NCBI GenBank assembly: GCA_030390025.1 | Contig: CM059438.1 | Location: forward strand, 56,050,001-56,114,000 | DNA from: Squalus acanthias | Lineage: Eukaryota | Length of the DNA: 64,000 nt | Reading direction: 5' to 3' | In this document: one piece after another, positions 63,435 to 64,000 of the stretch | How the letters are laid out: the number at the start of each line of letters is the position of its first letter | How positions within the stretch are numbered: position 1 is the stretch's first letter | Made by a program: the position numbers and the translations under genes | The notes under the pieces: model-generated | What the model was told of the DNA's origin: nothing | Database searches by the model: none | What the model saw: only the letters and a program-made list of their open reading frames with translations

Positions 63435-64000
63435 CTGAAATAAATAAAAACACTCCTTTTTCATTGTGGCAAATCTCTCCACTGGAAGGTAGGTGTTTGA
63501 AAGCTGCTTTTCTGGGTTGCAGGACACATCTGTATCCTTGTCTCTTGTTTTCAGCTTCTCTCCAGGTGCAATAAACAGTCCTGGAATTGTCCCACTCAGG
63601 CCCCTGTATACTCGCTGCAGCTTCTTGGCAGGCACTGAAAGCCCCTTGTTGTACCTTTTAATATTTCAGATAATGAGTAACTTCTCAACCATTGCAGTGT
63701 CCCCAGTGAACACACAGCAAGTGCTGAGAGAGCCGGGAAGGAATGTACTTCTTCAGGCTGATGAGGCTGGCGGCTGGTATGTGATCTTAGTTAAATATTT
63801 CCCCAAATGCTTTTATGACAGTCTTGTGCAAAGGCTGGATTTGTGAAGTCAGCTCTTTCAAGTAGTTATCCTGCAAAAGTTGCTGATCCGACTGCTTGTG
63901 TTGTCCTGCAGTCCGTCTCCAGAACTCTTGGGTTTGGCGAGGGCTGAACTCGAGCTGCTCTAGTTTTACACTTCTTTACAATACCAGGACGCCATGGCTC

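Overview
Eukaryotic, repeat-saturated genomic DNA. The repeat families suggest a cartilaginous fish such as a shark (inference). Most long ORFs in the track are translations of tandem repeats. Host coding signal: one 767-nt minus-strand exon (49611-50377) with canonical splice sites, which from memory resembles DUF4657/C8orf58-like proteins, plus a weak candidate upstream exon (63315-63434). The rest looks intronic. It holds six large tandem arrays, several CR1 and L2 LINE copies, Deu-domain tRNA-SINEs, a decayed tRNA-Glu(TTC), a full-length Harbinger transposon (TIRs, 3-bp TSD, convergent Myb/SANT and DDE transposase genes) and a second, decayed Harbinger. Three observations stand out. (1) The 10.6-kb (CCT)n tract sits exactly in the poly-Glu position of a dead Harbinger transposase. 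(2) At least four arrays grew in place from short segments of four different mobile-element classes. (3) Short Penelope-type fold-back insertions with 14-17-bp TSDs carry minimal hammerhead ribozyme cores, one apparently intact (35698-35735). I see no evidence for a wholly new multi-gene system, and novelty of any item needs database checks I cannot run.
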